From Ramazzottius varieornatus (taxonomy: Eukaryota > Animalia > Tardigrada): a stretch of DNA of 63,847 nt. Both the position numbers and the translations under genes were made by a program. Location of the stretch: the NCBI GenBank assembly GCA_001949185.1, contig BDGG01000001.1, positions 8,279,220 through 8,343,066 on the forward strand, written 5' to 3'. Shown piece by piece: positions 53,272 through 63,847 of this stretch; within the stretch, counting starts at the first letter, position 1; each line of letters starts with the position of its first letter. The notes beneath the pieces are model-generated. The model saw only the letters and a list, made by a program, of their open reading frames with translations, was not told where the DNA came from and did not search any database.

Positions 53272-55514
53272 TTTCTTTGGAGATGTGTACGTACTACCAG
53301 AGGGTACTACAGCGAAGCGCGAATCAGCTGATCACGTTCTCCTGCGGAATCGTTGACCAGCTGCTGGCTGCTGCTTGAAAGGGAAGCGTTTCATTCACGA
53401 AGATTCGCCGTGAATCTCCTTTATCCATCGTCTCCCGAACCGTGAGAATATAAGCATAAAACCATAGTGAGGACAGAAAGGGCACGAAAAATAAATGATC
53501 TTCTTTGTTGTGGTCCGGGAAATAAATGGGTCATCCAATCAGCAGAGTGAATCCAGTTTAGTGATCAAGGTTTGGTCAATCAACTTCTAAATTATCCCAG
53601 CTTTCATCAAACACAGCTACAAGGATGTGCCGCACCTGAGATCTCCAGAGTTTTGATTGCTTGATAGGGGCCGATGCGGCATTGCATCAGACTTCAGCTG
53701 TTTCCCGCGATTCTCCTACCATCATCTGGTCATCTTCCCTGTTTCCTCGTTGTTCCTGTTGTTGGGCTGGATAACGGTAAGTCGCTGACCGTCCACATAG
53801 TCACCATTAGGTTGGTAGCGGATCATTGGACTGACCGGGCCACTATTGTTTCAGGTTGGCTGTCGATGCCAAGCGATCTTCGCTGCTATTGTCTACTGTC
53901 CGCTGCTGATCTCCTTCGCGACTTTGTCTCTCCTCGATCTCTTTCATGCTTCGTACAGCTCTTCTCTACGCCCTGCTCCTCCTTTTTGTTTGTTTCTGGC
54001 AGGTAGGTGACTACTGAGCGGAGTTATCCGCCGATAGTCTCCTTGTATGCATGTGCGCGTCTCCGCTCATTAAGTGTATGGTGTTGCATGAGAATTATGG
54101 GCTATATCAGAGGCGCGACACGAACCTATACGCACCTTGAAACATGCGCCTCTAGGGGGCGTGTCGGTTGCTGCGTACTGGTGTCCGTGCTGTGTGTGTG
54201 TGCGTGTCGCGCCCATGCTAGAAAACTTGGGCTCTTATGGACCACGATACAACTCAGGGAAACGGACGCCGTAGCCATGCATAATTCTTTTCAGACTTTT
54301 TCATCTTACACTGTGACTGTTCCTGTTTTACGATTTATTTTTAATAAAGTGTGACGTCATCCAATGCGATGGGCGTGTCGAAGTCTCCGGGCTTTCGTCC
54401 AATCAGCGTTCAGACCGTTGTTCGACGTTTTCGTCATTAATCTTGTATTAACCTTGACTACTATTATGAACCCACTCTGATATCAGCATGGACGGAGCGC
54501 ATCCGAACAGCTGTCTGCCCGTTCCGTTCGCTGCCGCGCTGATACAAGTCACAAGTGAGTGGATGCCAATACAAAATGGAAACTTGGAAGACCACAAGGG
54601 AGAAAACATGACGTCAGAATGCTCCACAATCAGTTAGTTTCGGCAGGGCCAAAATATCAGCTGTTTCCGTTATGGTGATCGAATCAGCGAGGTTGAGGAG
54701 GCGGGGAGCAAAAGTTCCATCTTCTAATGGCATCATGTTCCCCCCTTTGCGCATTTGTGACCAATGGCCTATCAAGTTTCCTCTTTCTAATGGCACCTAC
54801 TCAAGCGTTACAGCATGCTGACAAGGGATTTACGCCAGTCTGTCCGCTCTGATCCCTAAACGAATACGACAAAAAGATAGAGGAGAGTTTGCTCAACAAA
54901 CTGATACAGACTGAATCGGCGGTATGAAAACCTGGAAGACACCGCAGGAAGCGGAAGTGACGTCAAAGTTTGATATCGTTGGCACGTTATCAAACAAACG
55001 TGGTGAACGGGGAAGATTTAGCTGCCACCGAACTTGACTCTGCGAGCCCCTATATCATACAATGCGTGACACCATATCAAGCAAATGTTGGAACCTGACA
55101 GAAATATCTGTCAAACTGGAAAACGACTTATGGCGGCGATGGCCGCCCATATTCGAGAGCGTCTCTGGAAGGAAGTAAATAAACAATCCGCAGCCTCGAA
55201 GTGCAAAAGCACAGTGCATTATTAAGCGTTGCTTAGTCGAAGGAATCTGCTATTGCCTTTGCTCAGAAGAACGGCTGGGAGTTCGTCGTCGAAGAAGTCC
55301 AACCGGTATGGCAGTACAAGCACAAGTCGTACGGGTACTCATACAAATTTTCATGGAACAAACAGACAAGAGTTGAATTCACAGTTTCTCGGTCCAGGTA
55401 TTCTGTGCATAAGTCAGCGTGTGCGATTCAGTGTGTAAACTTTTCTGTTGGAAACATAGATCTCCCCAGCGTTGTAGCGCGTATTTTATTAAAAAAGTAC
55501 TTTGCAATAAAAAG

Positions 55515-55860
55515 TTAGACACCTCGAGATAGACACCTCGGGACGGAAACAGCTGGCAGAAGTTCGTCGTCAGGGACATCCCGCAATATTTCATTCTCTT
55601 CTGCTGTGCTGCTCAGTGTTCCGCTGAAGATGGGATTCGGGATCAACCCGGCGCCAGCTGATTTCAACCTTCTGACTTCATCTTTTAGTTTCTTCCAATT
55701 ATTGATAAGAACAGCCAAGGCCAACACGGCACCGCACAGAAAGACCGCGAGAACTACGACTGCTGCAGTCAGACCGGCGCAGTTGCTCGTTTCAAGCGCC
55801 TCTGCGCCAGGAAAGTTTGCGAGCATAAGAACCATCCAGAAGCAAGCCTCTGCAACACAG
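55515..55860 (-). CDS. Small putative single-pass membrane protein (last exon)
   Basis: Hydrophobic leader, TM segment [24 protein letters not shown] followed by a basic stretch; the upstream splice could not be resolved. Confidence 0.35.
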
Positions 55861-56184
55861 AAACACGACATAACAGATGAGAGGTCGGGAAACGATACGT
55901 ATAAGACCGTTGTCGTAAGTGGCGCACGCCACTAGCCTAAGACAATGACAAAGTGCGCCATTTGAGCCACGATATGATCGTTTTTATAAGTGGCGAACGC
56001 CACCGCTGACAAGTAGCTTGCGCCATTTGAAAAACGATTTTGTGGAGTTCTCCAGTGTTGCACATTAACAATGTTCCAGACTGAAAACGTGTGCCACTTG
56101 GCGAGTTTGTTCGGCTCGGTCTCATTTCCCTTTTTACAAACCTGCAAGACCAGTCGCACCATCGACTATCTTCCGAGCTCCGCC

Positions 56185-56920
56185 TCACGTGGCGATGACG
56201 CCCCGCAGGTCCTGAAGCTCCTTCATCATTCCACCGATCTCCAAACGGATGGACAGGATCTGGTCTTCGTAGCTGTAAAAGAAGTAAGCCAGGACCCCAA
56301 CAGATGAAACCGCGAAGATGTGGCGCATTATCCAGGCTTCTTCGTGGAGGAACTGCGAGATGAACCGCGCATCCGGCATCCCATCAGGCTCACTCTCGAC
56401 GTCCGCCAAAGTTTCTGTTGCAACCCATACTCAAGCACGGCGAAGGCACCGAGAAGAACAACCAACCATACACGAGCCTCTGAAGAACGAAAACACGGAA
56501 TTACGGTACTACATCAAGATGTCAAGTTAGACGAGTAAATAAACTGAACTACAGTATTTCTCACTTCCGGTTGGAACAGTAATCCGAATATTCCACCAAA
56601 ACTATGTGGACTTACTTTCGGTTCTTCGAATCCCCGTAAGCATCCATATCCCCAAAGCTGAAAAGAAATAGAAGACACTGGTCCAGAAGCCCGTAAAGCC
56701 ATCCACGGAGTAACTCTTCAGCTCGGATATTCTATCGGCGATGTCAGCTATCCAGAACCACTGTTCGATCGTCGCTTTCTGCAAATCCTGAAAATTGGCC
56801 ACTAGAGCACGTTGCTGAGCCATCAACGTCTCGTTCAGGCGCTCCGCGCTCGTTATGCGCTACCAACGCCTCCGAATGAACCAACGCGTTTTTCTGTGTA
56901 TCGAGGATGGTCGACCTGAC
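56185..56920 (-). pseudogene. GEX1/brambleberry/Kar5-like C-terminal fragment, probably disrupted
   Basis: Coiled coil followed by three TM-like segments (FWTSVFYFFSALGIWMLTG; WLFFSV; WIMRHIFAVSSVGVLAYFFYSYED); apparent frameshift near 56855; no N-terminal Cys-rich domain found nearby. Confidence 0.5.
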
Positions 56921-58250
56921 TACATACCATGATGGATGATGGCAGGAATGTCAGGGACTCTCTATTCTAGAAATCTTTCTCAGAAGACAGGGCGAGACAA
57001 GAAAAGAAGCGACAATCGTCTAGTCGATACAGAGAACTGTATCATCATCAGCCACCTTTAGTGACTGCGCTTCTGAAAGCGCTTACTCATCCAAACGGGA
57101 AAATAAGGCCGAATTGGGCAGTTTCCCTGTGTCTCTGTCTGTGTTCAGTGCCACGTCGCATTGATTGTACGTTGTTGATTAGACTTCCGGTTGAAACCTC
57201 AGTTAAACTCTGTTCTTTCAGATTGTTGTGATTTTGCTTGTGCCTAATTGTGGCTCTCAGAATCTGTAGGCACCTGGAACCTGGAACAGCCTGGCTGCTT
57301 GAGGATCACAATGGGGAAGAAGCAGCATCAAAACGACAAGCTGTACTTGACGACGACAGAATGGAGCACGACATACGGAGGTCGAGCAGCGAACTGGCCA
57401 GTCTTCCTGGACAAAGCACGTTCCTTCGCTTCAAAAGGATACCTTCCAACTTCCGTGCTTGGTCACTTCATCCATTCGAGAATCACTACATGGCACCGGC
57501 TAGTTACGTTTTTGACCTAACGTTAGTACAAGATGTATACCTCCCGTAGAAACGGTAAAATGGCAGCCAGGTAATAAAAAGTTGACGAACCAAGTTTATT
57601 GATAGTTCATTTATCTGCATACCATTGTATCAGTTTTTCGCGTCTCTGTGTATGTAGGTACCGGATCATCACATCGTGCATAAGACTCAGCCTTATTATT
57701 TTACGTTCCAGAAACATTTTGCCCTCTGTAGAGAAATACGGAACTCATCCCGTAACCGGCGAACCTCTTTAGGCAAAATCCTTGACAAGTTAAACCAGGA
57801 CAACAATTCTGAAGGTATTGCGGAAAGGCGAAAAAGTCGCTCGTATGGTCAGAGAATCGTCACCGATCGTTTACAATATGCAGCCATGGCGCTGCGCAAT
57901 AGCCAATGTGGCAAAGATTGGTTCCCGTCAGTGTTATTTTATTATGACTTGCGACTGTGCGAACTGACGCCTTTGTTTTGCTGGTATGATGAGAATCGGA
58001 TCATGGTGGTATGCGCTGCTACAGTACAGACTTGACAACAGTGAAGCAAAATGGCGTACGCGACGAAGAGTGAACATATGAGCGTATTACTGTAAATTCA
58101 AAATGGCGCTAATGGGATAAAGCATGGACTGAGTGAAACTAATGATGAACTGAAAATTCCGCCGGCGTAATAATGGCTCCAGGCTATGACGAAAATCTGA
58201 AATAAATAAATACATTCTTTTTATCACATTTGAAATACAGACATATACAG

Positions 58251-58898
58251 TAGAGACCGGGATCTGGCCGCGTGCGCTGCACTGCGTGGCAGCGCAGTTG
58301 CAGTATTCAGTTTGACCTTTGTGTGCAGCGCAGCACAGTATGCAGCGCAGCACAGTATGCAGCGCAGCACAGTATGCAGCGCCTGACAAGCTACGGTAGC
58401 GCAGCTGCAAATGATACGAAAAGAGAGTTTTCGATTTTCAAACTAAGGATCTCCCGGTTAGCGGCCGTTATACAACCCTTGTTTGCTAGGTGTATTCTGC
58501 TTCATAAAACAACGACCGGTCGCGGAAGCTTTCCTTGAAATAGTGCTTCGCCCAACCGTGAAGGGCTTAGTGGTTAAGCTGTCACTGTGACCGGAAGTTT
58601 CGGACTTTGACACAGTTAGGTCTGTAGGTAGCTTCAACGCACTTTGCTGTGAACTGCTTTTGTTAGCCGAATGATTAGAGCTCTATAACGGAGGATCACG
58701 TGTTATCTGACAATTCTCTAGAGGAAAGCAGAGGAAATTTGTTATTGAAACCGCAGCGCAGTTGCCTCGCACGTACAGTAAGGTGCAGCGCAGCTACACC
58801 GTCCCTCCGGTCCAGATTTACGCAGCGTACTTGCCGAGTACCAGAAAAGGAAGCAGCGCAGATGCAGCGTACTTTTTGACCTGCGGCCCAGGTCTCTA
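58251..58898. mobile_element. hAT-like MITE
   Basis: Termini TAGAGACC / GGTCTCTA, 8-bp flanks ATATACAG / ATGTACAG (1 mismatch), internal 17-bp tandem repeat GCAGCGCAGCACAGTAT x3. Confidence 0.7.
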
Positions 58899-59099
58899 AT
58901 GTACAGTGGTCTTTGCAATAACTTCAATACGTCACAGTACGACCGTCGCATCAGATCGCTTGCGTAGAATTTACTCGAGAAAAATCTGACGTCAGAGAGT
59001 ACACAGTATTACTGCCTAGTGAGAAGTATTGCAACGAATTACCAAAATTACAACACTCAGAACAAAACAAGTTCGCTTTCTGTGTCGTCGTCAAACAAA

Positions 59100-59260
59100 A
59101 AATATTGCTGGATGCCTTCTGTATCCAATCCGGAGGGGCAACATCACTCGGAGCGTCAGTGGCAGCAACTTCTGATGAGACTTCTTCGTTGTACACGATT
59201 CCACACTTTCGGAAACAATTCTGAATGATTGATGTTTTTACACATTTGAGCATCATATTA
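59100..59260 (-). pseudogene. pogo/Tigger-like transposase C-terminal remnant
   Basis: VKTSIIQNCFRKCGI resembles the V...TI.NCFRKAG motif that follows the DDE_1 domain. Confidence 0.4.
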
Positions 59261-61839
59261 TCTGAACTGTTCCAGTACCTTTGGAGCGTTCACGACCTTT
59301 CGCCATGTCAGATTTCAGAAAACTTTGTAAGAGCACCGAGAATTCAGAACCGTACGAAATGACGGGGCCTTTGTGTTGCACATGGTCAAAGTCTGGTTCG
59401 GTCTGTACTGTTTGTGACGTATCACCTTGTGTGAATTCAGGATGATTCGCGGCAACTTGCCCTCGGCGCTCGTGTTCAAATCCGGTCTCTGACGTATTGA
59501 AGTTACTGCAGAGGACATTGTATACAGTGAAAACTGCAGGATGAAAATAGTACCTTTGATGGGGAAGTTCTTGCTGGCTCAAGCGCGTGCAACCTGTCCA
59601 GGGCGTGACGCTGCGGGAATGTGTTTCCATTACGTTCAGTTCTATAAACTTAGTTGATTAATTACAACAGCAGTTTTGGGTTTCAGCGCTAGAGTGGATC
59701 AGTGTTCCTACCACGTGTGTACTTATGCTTACTCAGTTCTCATGTTTACGTACATTTCAGTACGAGGTAGCCGGCATGGAGATGTCCAGCGAATTTTTTC
59801 GGCGTGGAGATATCCAGGCCTGATCGTAGCAATTATTGCCTCACACTACCTTTTCTCGGTTCCTGAATCAAGAAAGACTTGTCTTTATTCTTCTACGACA
59901 AATCAGAAGCTCAGAGGTAGCAAAACTGGTGAGATATCTACCTTGGAAGGGATACAATGTTAAAGGGGGTGGGATACAATGTTAAAGAGCCTATTTGACG
60001 TACTATGATCAAACAATCAGACCTTTGGAGAAATGCTCCGTGGATATTTCCATGCCGGAAATTTCACTGGACATCTCCATGCCGGCTACCTCGTGTTGTT
60101 TTCGTATCCACCGCCAAATTTTGGCGAAATTATCTTCCCAAAAATAATTTCTGTAAATCCCACATAGGGGAAAATCTTCCTTCGCAAAGGGGCAGGTGGT
60201 CAACCAAAGGGCGACGACTGGTCAACCGTCAATTGTGGGTGCGCAGAGGTGCGCGTTGCTTATTGAATGCCCCTCATCAAACCCAACAACTTGATCTCTT
60301 TAGACGCGATCTGGGACTCACACAAGGAAAGTACCAAGTCCGAAATGATTTTTTCTTATGTCATGTGGCTTTTCTTGCAGATAACTCTTATGGTTACAGT
60401 GATAATCCTCACTTCTTTAGTACGTCACAAAGCGGGTTTCGACACGCTCAAGTGTGCCAGTTAGTAGTTTGCGAATGGCAAACTTATATGCGTCATCACA
60501 GTCATGCGACAACTGGCCGTGCTGACGAGCGGCATCACCGGCTTTTTTCTACGCTTGTTTGAGTCTCTAGAAACAAATTTGAAGCTCTTCGCACATTCTT
60601 TAACACGCGGCTCTGCCTGTGACGTACTAAAGAAGTGACGATTACTACTGTAGTGGTCACTACAATTCTGTCGGCAGACTTTGAAGGCTTATGCTACAAA
60701 CCTTTACTTCACCTGTTGCAGTTGTTCAGAGACACCAGAGTGGTCCTCCGTCAAGCTGCAACGGACAGCGTCAACGCGGCCAACTTCTCCACCGGCCATG
60801 TCGCGGCAGGTTTCACCTCCACCGTCATGGTACCCATCACATACCAGACAGCAGGTAAGCAATACAGCCTGTTCCAGTCAGGTTGTCCGTTCCGAATTTG
60901 CGTTACCCTTTCATATCAACTTGTGCTCTGTATGATACAATCGGTCTGCGAACGTAGAAGACCGCTTTGGAAACCTATCTTGAAACAAGGTCGTTTTGAC
61001 ACGTCAACTCACTCTGCTTGTACGAGTAGCCGTAAAACAGAATTCAGAGTTCTCACTCCGTCAAAACAAACATAATTTTTTTGTATACGCAGTTAAGAAG
61101 ACAACTGTTTTCGTAGTGTGTCGAAAGAAAAGTTTTGGTTAGAAAGTCAAAACGACGCGAGATGTGAAATACAAATTAAAATATTGAAGTGCCACCCCGA
61201 TCAACTGGCGCGCATTTTTTTGCGTCGGGCAGTAAACAGACGTGGAACTTTTCCACCTGTCTCCTGACCCACATTATCGATAGCTTTTCGGCCGTTCTTG
61301 TTCTCAAACGGTTCCAGAGGGCTGAAGCAACGATGAAAACACTTGAAAGAGGCGGAAACATCATTTGGTCAGAACAAGCGAATTTTTGATTGAGCGGGAA
61401 TAACTTGGCTGGAACGGGCTGTAATATCCTTGACTAATGATCTTGAAATACTGTCCAGTTTGATTATACTGGTGTAATGAATTGAGCATGATCGTCTGCT
61501 CAAGTGGCGCAGGCTTCCATTGTTACTGGCCGGCAGCGTGCGCCGCTGGAAAGGCGATGATGTTTCTAAGTGGCGCGCATCTTTAGCCACTAACAATGGA
61601 GGCGTGCGCCACTCGAGATGATGGTCGTTCAATTACAGTACATGATAGTGGTCCACGATAGTGAATTATATTGATGGTGTTGAACTGATAGTGCTCAGTT
61701 ATGGATAGTGTGTGATTGATGGAAGTATGCTGGAGTGGAGTGTTTTCTTAGGTTTCAAAGACTTGTGATAATTTCATCAAGAACTGTTGAAGTGGATACT
61801 ACACCAACACGATATTCTACCAAGCTTCCTTGCCCGTTA

Positions 61840-62780
61840 GTATGGAAGGTCTGGGCATCAGACGCACAGAGCGGATCGCGCTTCATGGCTTCGATCTACT
61901 CCATGCAGGCGGGGGTACTCTCCATCTACCCTGAACGCGACCTGGATAGCGTCGTTAACCGCGGAATGGATCACTGGCCTCTCCTAACTTCCGCTGAGTT
62001 GCCATTTCTTGCACTGCGCCAGCAGCAACGTGCCTGGGACCTTCCTGTGGTGACGGAAGAATTCGAAGAGCTGCTGAAGAGCGACATGACGAATGAGGCA
62101 AGGCTGATGGCGGTTTTACCCACGTCTTCTGCCGGGCTCTTCACTGAAGAATTTTCTGGACCACAACACGCTACGGATCATCGTTGGGCTGCGCTTAGGA
62201 TCGAGACTCTGTCAGCCTCATCGGTGTCGATGTGGAGTAGTCGACGAAGATGGGCTTCACGGTCTGAGCTGTTTAAGGAGCGCGGGACGTCTCAGTAGGC
62301 ACGCCAGCGAGTCGGTACGGAGAGCCCTGTTTCAGCACAAGTTCCCGCGGTTCTGGAGCCACTAGAACTTTCACGAGACGACGGACTCAGACCCGATGGG
62401 AAGACCATGATACCTTGGGAGAGTGGGAAGGAGTTGGTCTGGGATGTGACTGTTGTTGACACATGGCGAAGTCTTACGTCGGCAAGACCAGTGAGAAAGT
62501 TGGAGCTACAGCGGAAGATGCAGAGGAGAGAAAGATTTAGAAGGACCAAGGTATCGCGTCACAATACCTCGTCGTTCCAGCGGGATTTGAGACCCGCGGA
62601 TGGTGGGAACCAGCTGCGACGGAGCTGATCAACGCGATCGGGAAGAAGCTTGTTGAGTTTTCTTTCGAGACTAGATCTTTTCAATATTTAAAACAACGTC
62701 TCTTGGCATTCAGCGAGGAAATGCTTTTTGTGGTATGGGTACTGCGAAGGAGACTAAAGGACTTGAAGAGATATCAGGTG
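61840..62780 (+). mobile_element. 3' fragment of an RLE-type (CRE-like) non-LTR retrotransposon, frameshifted
   Basis: Cys/His knuckle (PHRCRCGVVDEDGLHGLSC..SAGR.SRH) and restriction-like endonuclease motif [30 protein letters not shown]. Confidence 0.8.
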
Positions 62781-63847
62781 CGGAAGTATGACTTGTCCCT
62801 TTTCGAAGGGACACATTCAAGATTTTTGTCAGAGTTTGTTTCTGGTCTACTCTATTCTCTTCAATGTAATGTGTTGTTCACCAAAACTCTTCTTATCACG
62901 GCAGCAGAAACTAGGTCTGTGCGTTGACAACGGAAGGAGAAAGCCGGGTTTAAAGTCAAAGGGGGAAATTATTTTCGCTGTTTTTCAATTTTTTTCTTCC
63001 GGCACTGGCCTCATCAACTTCAAAGCGAATTTTGTCACGTTGTGGACCATTGTTGGGTCTTTATTATGGCCGTCAGAAGTTTCCCATTGCAGCTTGTGGA
63101 ATTTGAAAAGCAAGAATTTCCGTTTTTTCCGGGTGTAAACCCAGCTTTCAAAGTGCGCCACTTTGGTACGGTAGTCAGAACTAAATCTTTTTCGTACGGC
63201 GGACTTGCTGAAAACCTTTGGTAGAATGTTCGGCAGATGCATCAGGCTGTGCTCTATTTCTGACCGAAGTTGATAAGCGATCAGACTCTCGGAACCCTCG
63301 CGAAGATGTAATGTCTAGAGTTGTTTCAAGTTTCTACTCGGATAAATTTGTTGCCCCCTACTTCAAAAAGAAATTCCTGATATTGGTTTTGAGAAAACGT
63401 TTACTAGAGTAAGTTTTTCAGGCATTATCAGATTTGCAAAGAGATTTGGGCGCTCGAAAAGTTTGTTTTCCCGAAAGTGACGGGCTTTTCATAAGGCAGT
63501 CACTTTCGCCAAACTGAATTTGTTTCTTGACGAACACCGAAGATTAGAATATCGATGAATATGTTTAAAAGCCGAATGATCGTACATCCTACCGTAAAAA
63601 GTTTGGGACAAAACACTTCGCTCAGGCAGAAGAAAACAATTTTTGAAGTTGGTGCTCGGAATCGAGGGACAAGTCATACTTCCGCACCTGATATTTATGC
63701 AAATCTCAGAACCTTTTCCTCGTAATTTGTTGAATCTAATTGTGTCTCCTGTTTTCCATCGCTGTCTTCTTTCGGAGAAAAAGTTATTAGTCTGAATAAG
63801 ACATCCATCTCGATATTTCACTGACTGATTAACAACTTCATGACAGA

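Larger units (their letters stand above)
9128..57660. repeat. Dispersed inverted-motif class B (ACYTGCATAC-N29-30-GTATGCAGGT)
   Basis: Copies near 9128, 9199, 10368, 10938, 11347, 36789, 36864, 45637, 47456, 47533 and 57612. Confidence 0.85.
7003..61620. repeat. Dispersed palindromic repeat class A (AGTGGCGCAC-N25-GTGCGCCACT within ~110-bp imperfect palindromes), about 27 clusters
   Basis: Clusters near 7003, 7830, 8540, 9605, 15828, 23905, 25705, 26780, 29365, 33278, 33890, 35030, 37270, 38423, 38815, 40820, 41460, 42555, 43612, 44275, 48110, 50475, 51135, 51930, 52705, 55900 and 61490. Confidence 0.92.

Noticed and set aside
7003-56115. Introner elements (transposons that create introns)
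   Set aside because: The palindromes sit inside introns with variable unique flanks and do not supply the GT/AG ends
7003-61620. CRISPR-like repeat/spacer arrays
   Set aside because: The repeats are inverted, degenerate and dispersed in eukaryotic introns with at most three units; there are no cas genes

Overview
Gene-dense eukaryotic DNA from an invertebrate metazoan, probably an arthropod (inference), with short GT-AG introns. The core (6.5-53.3 kb) is a tightly packed, mostly alternating head-to-head/tail-to-tail run of genes: RAD50, a FOP/CEP43-like LisH protein, a tektin, PIGL, CUTA, PPP1R11, LMAN2/VIP36, two secreted Gly/Tyr-rich proteins, ALYREF, a C22orf15/CXorf65-like gene, ATP synthase subunit g, MRPL16, PIGK, an RPP38-like gene, UXS1, CWC15 and ANKIB1. 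The flanks hold transposon debris (Harbinger-type Myb gene, LINE RT, hAT-like MITE, pogo fragment, RLE-type non-LTR element) and a GEX1/brambleberry-like fragment. The most striking unexplained signal is a set of inverted 10-bp motif pairs, almost all in introns. There are three classes that share the pattern AnnnGCRYAC and each keeps a class-specific spacer length: AGTGGCGCAC-N25, ACYTGCATAC-N29-30 and ACTYGCGCAY-N24. Spacer length is held even where spacer sequence has diverged or looks unrelated. A candidate H/ACA sno/scaRNA lies in an ALYREF intron. Gene boundaries were spliced by eye and are approximate.
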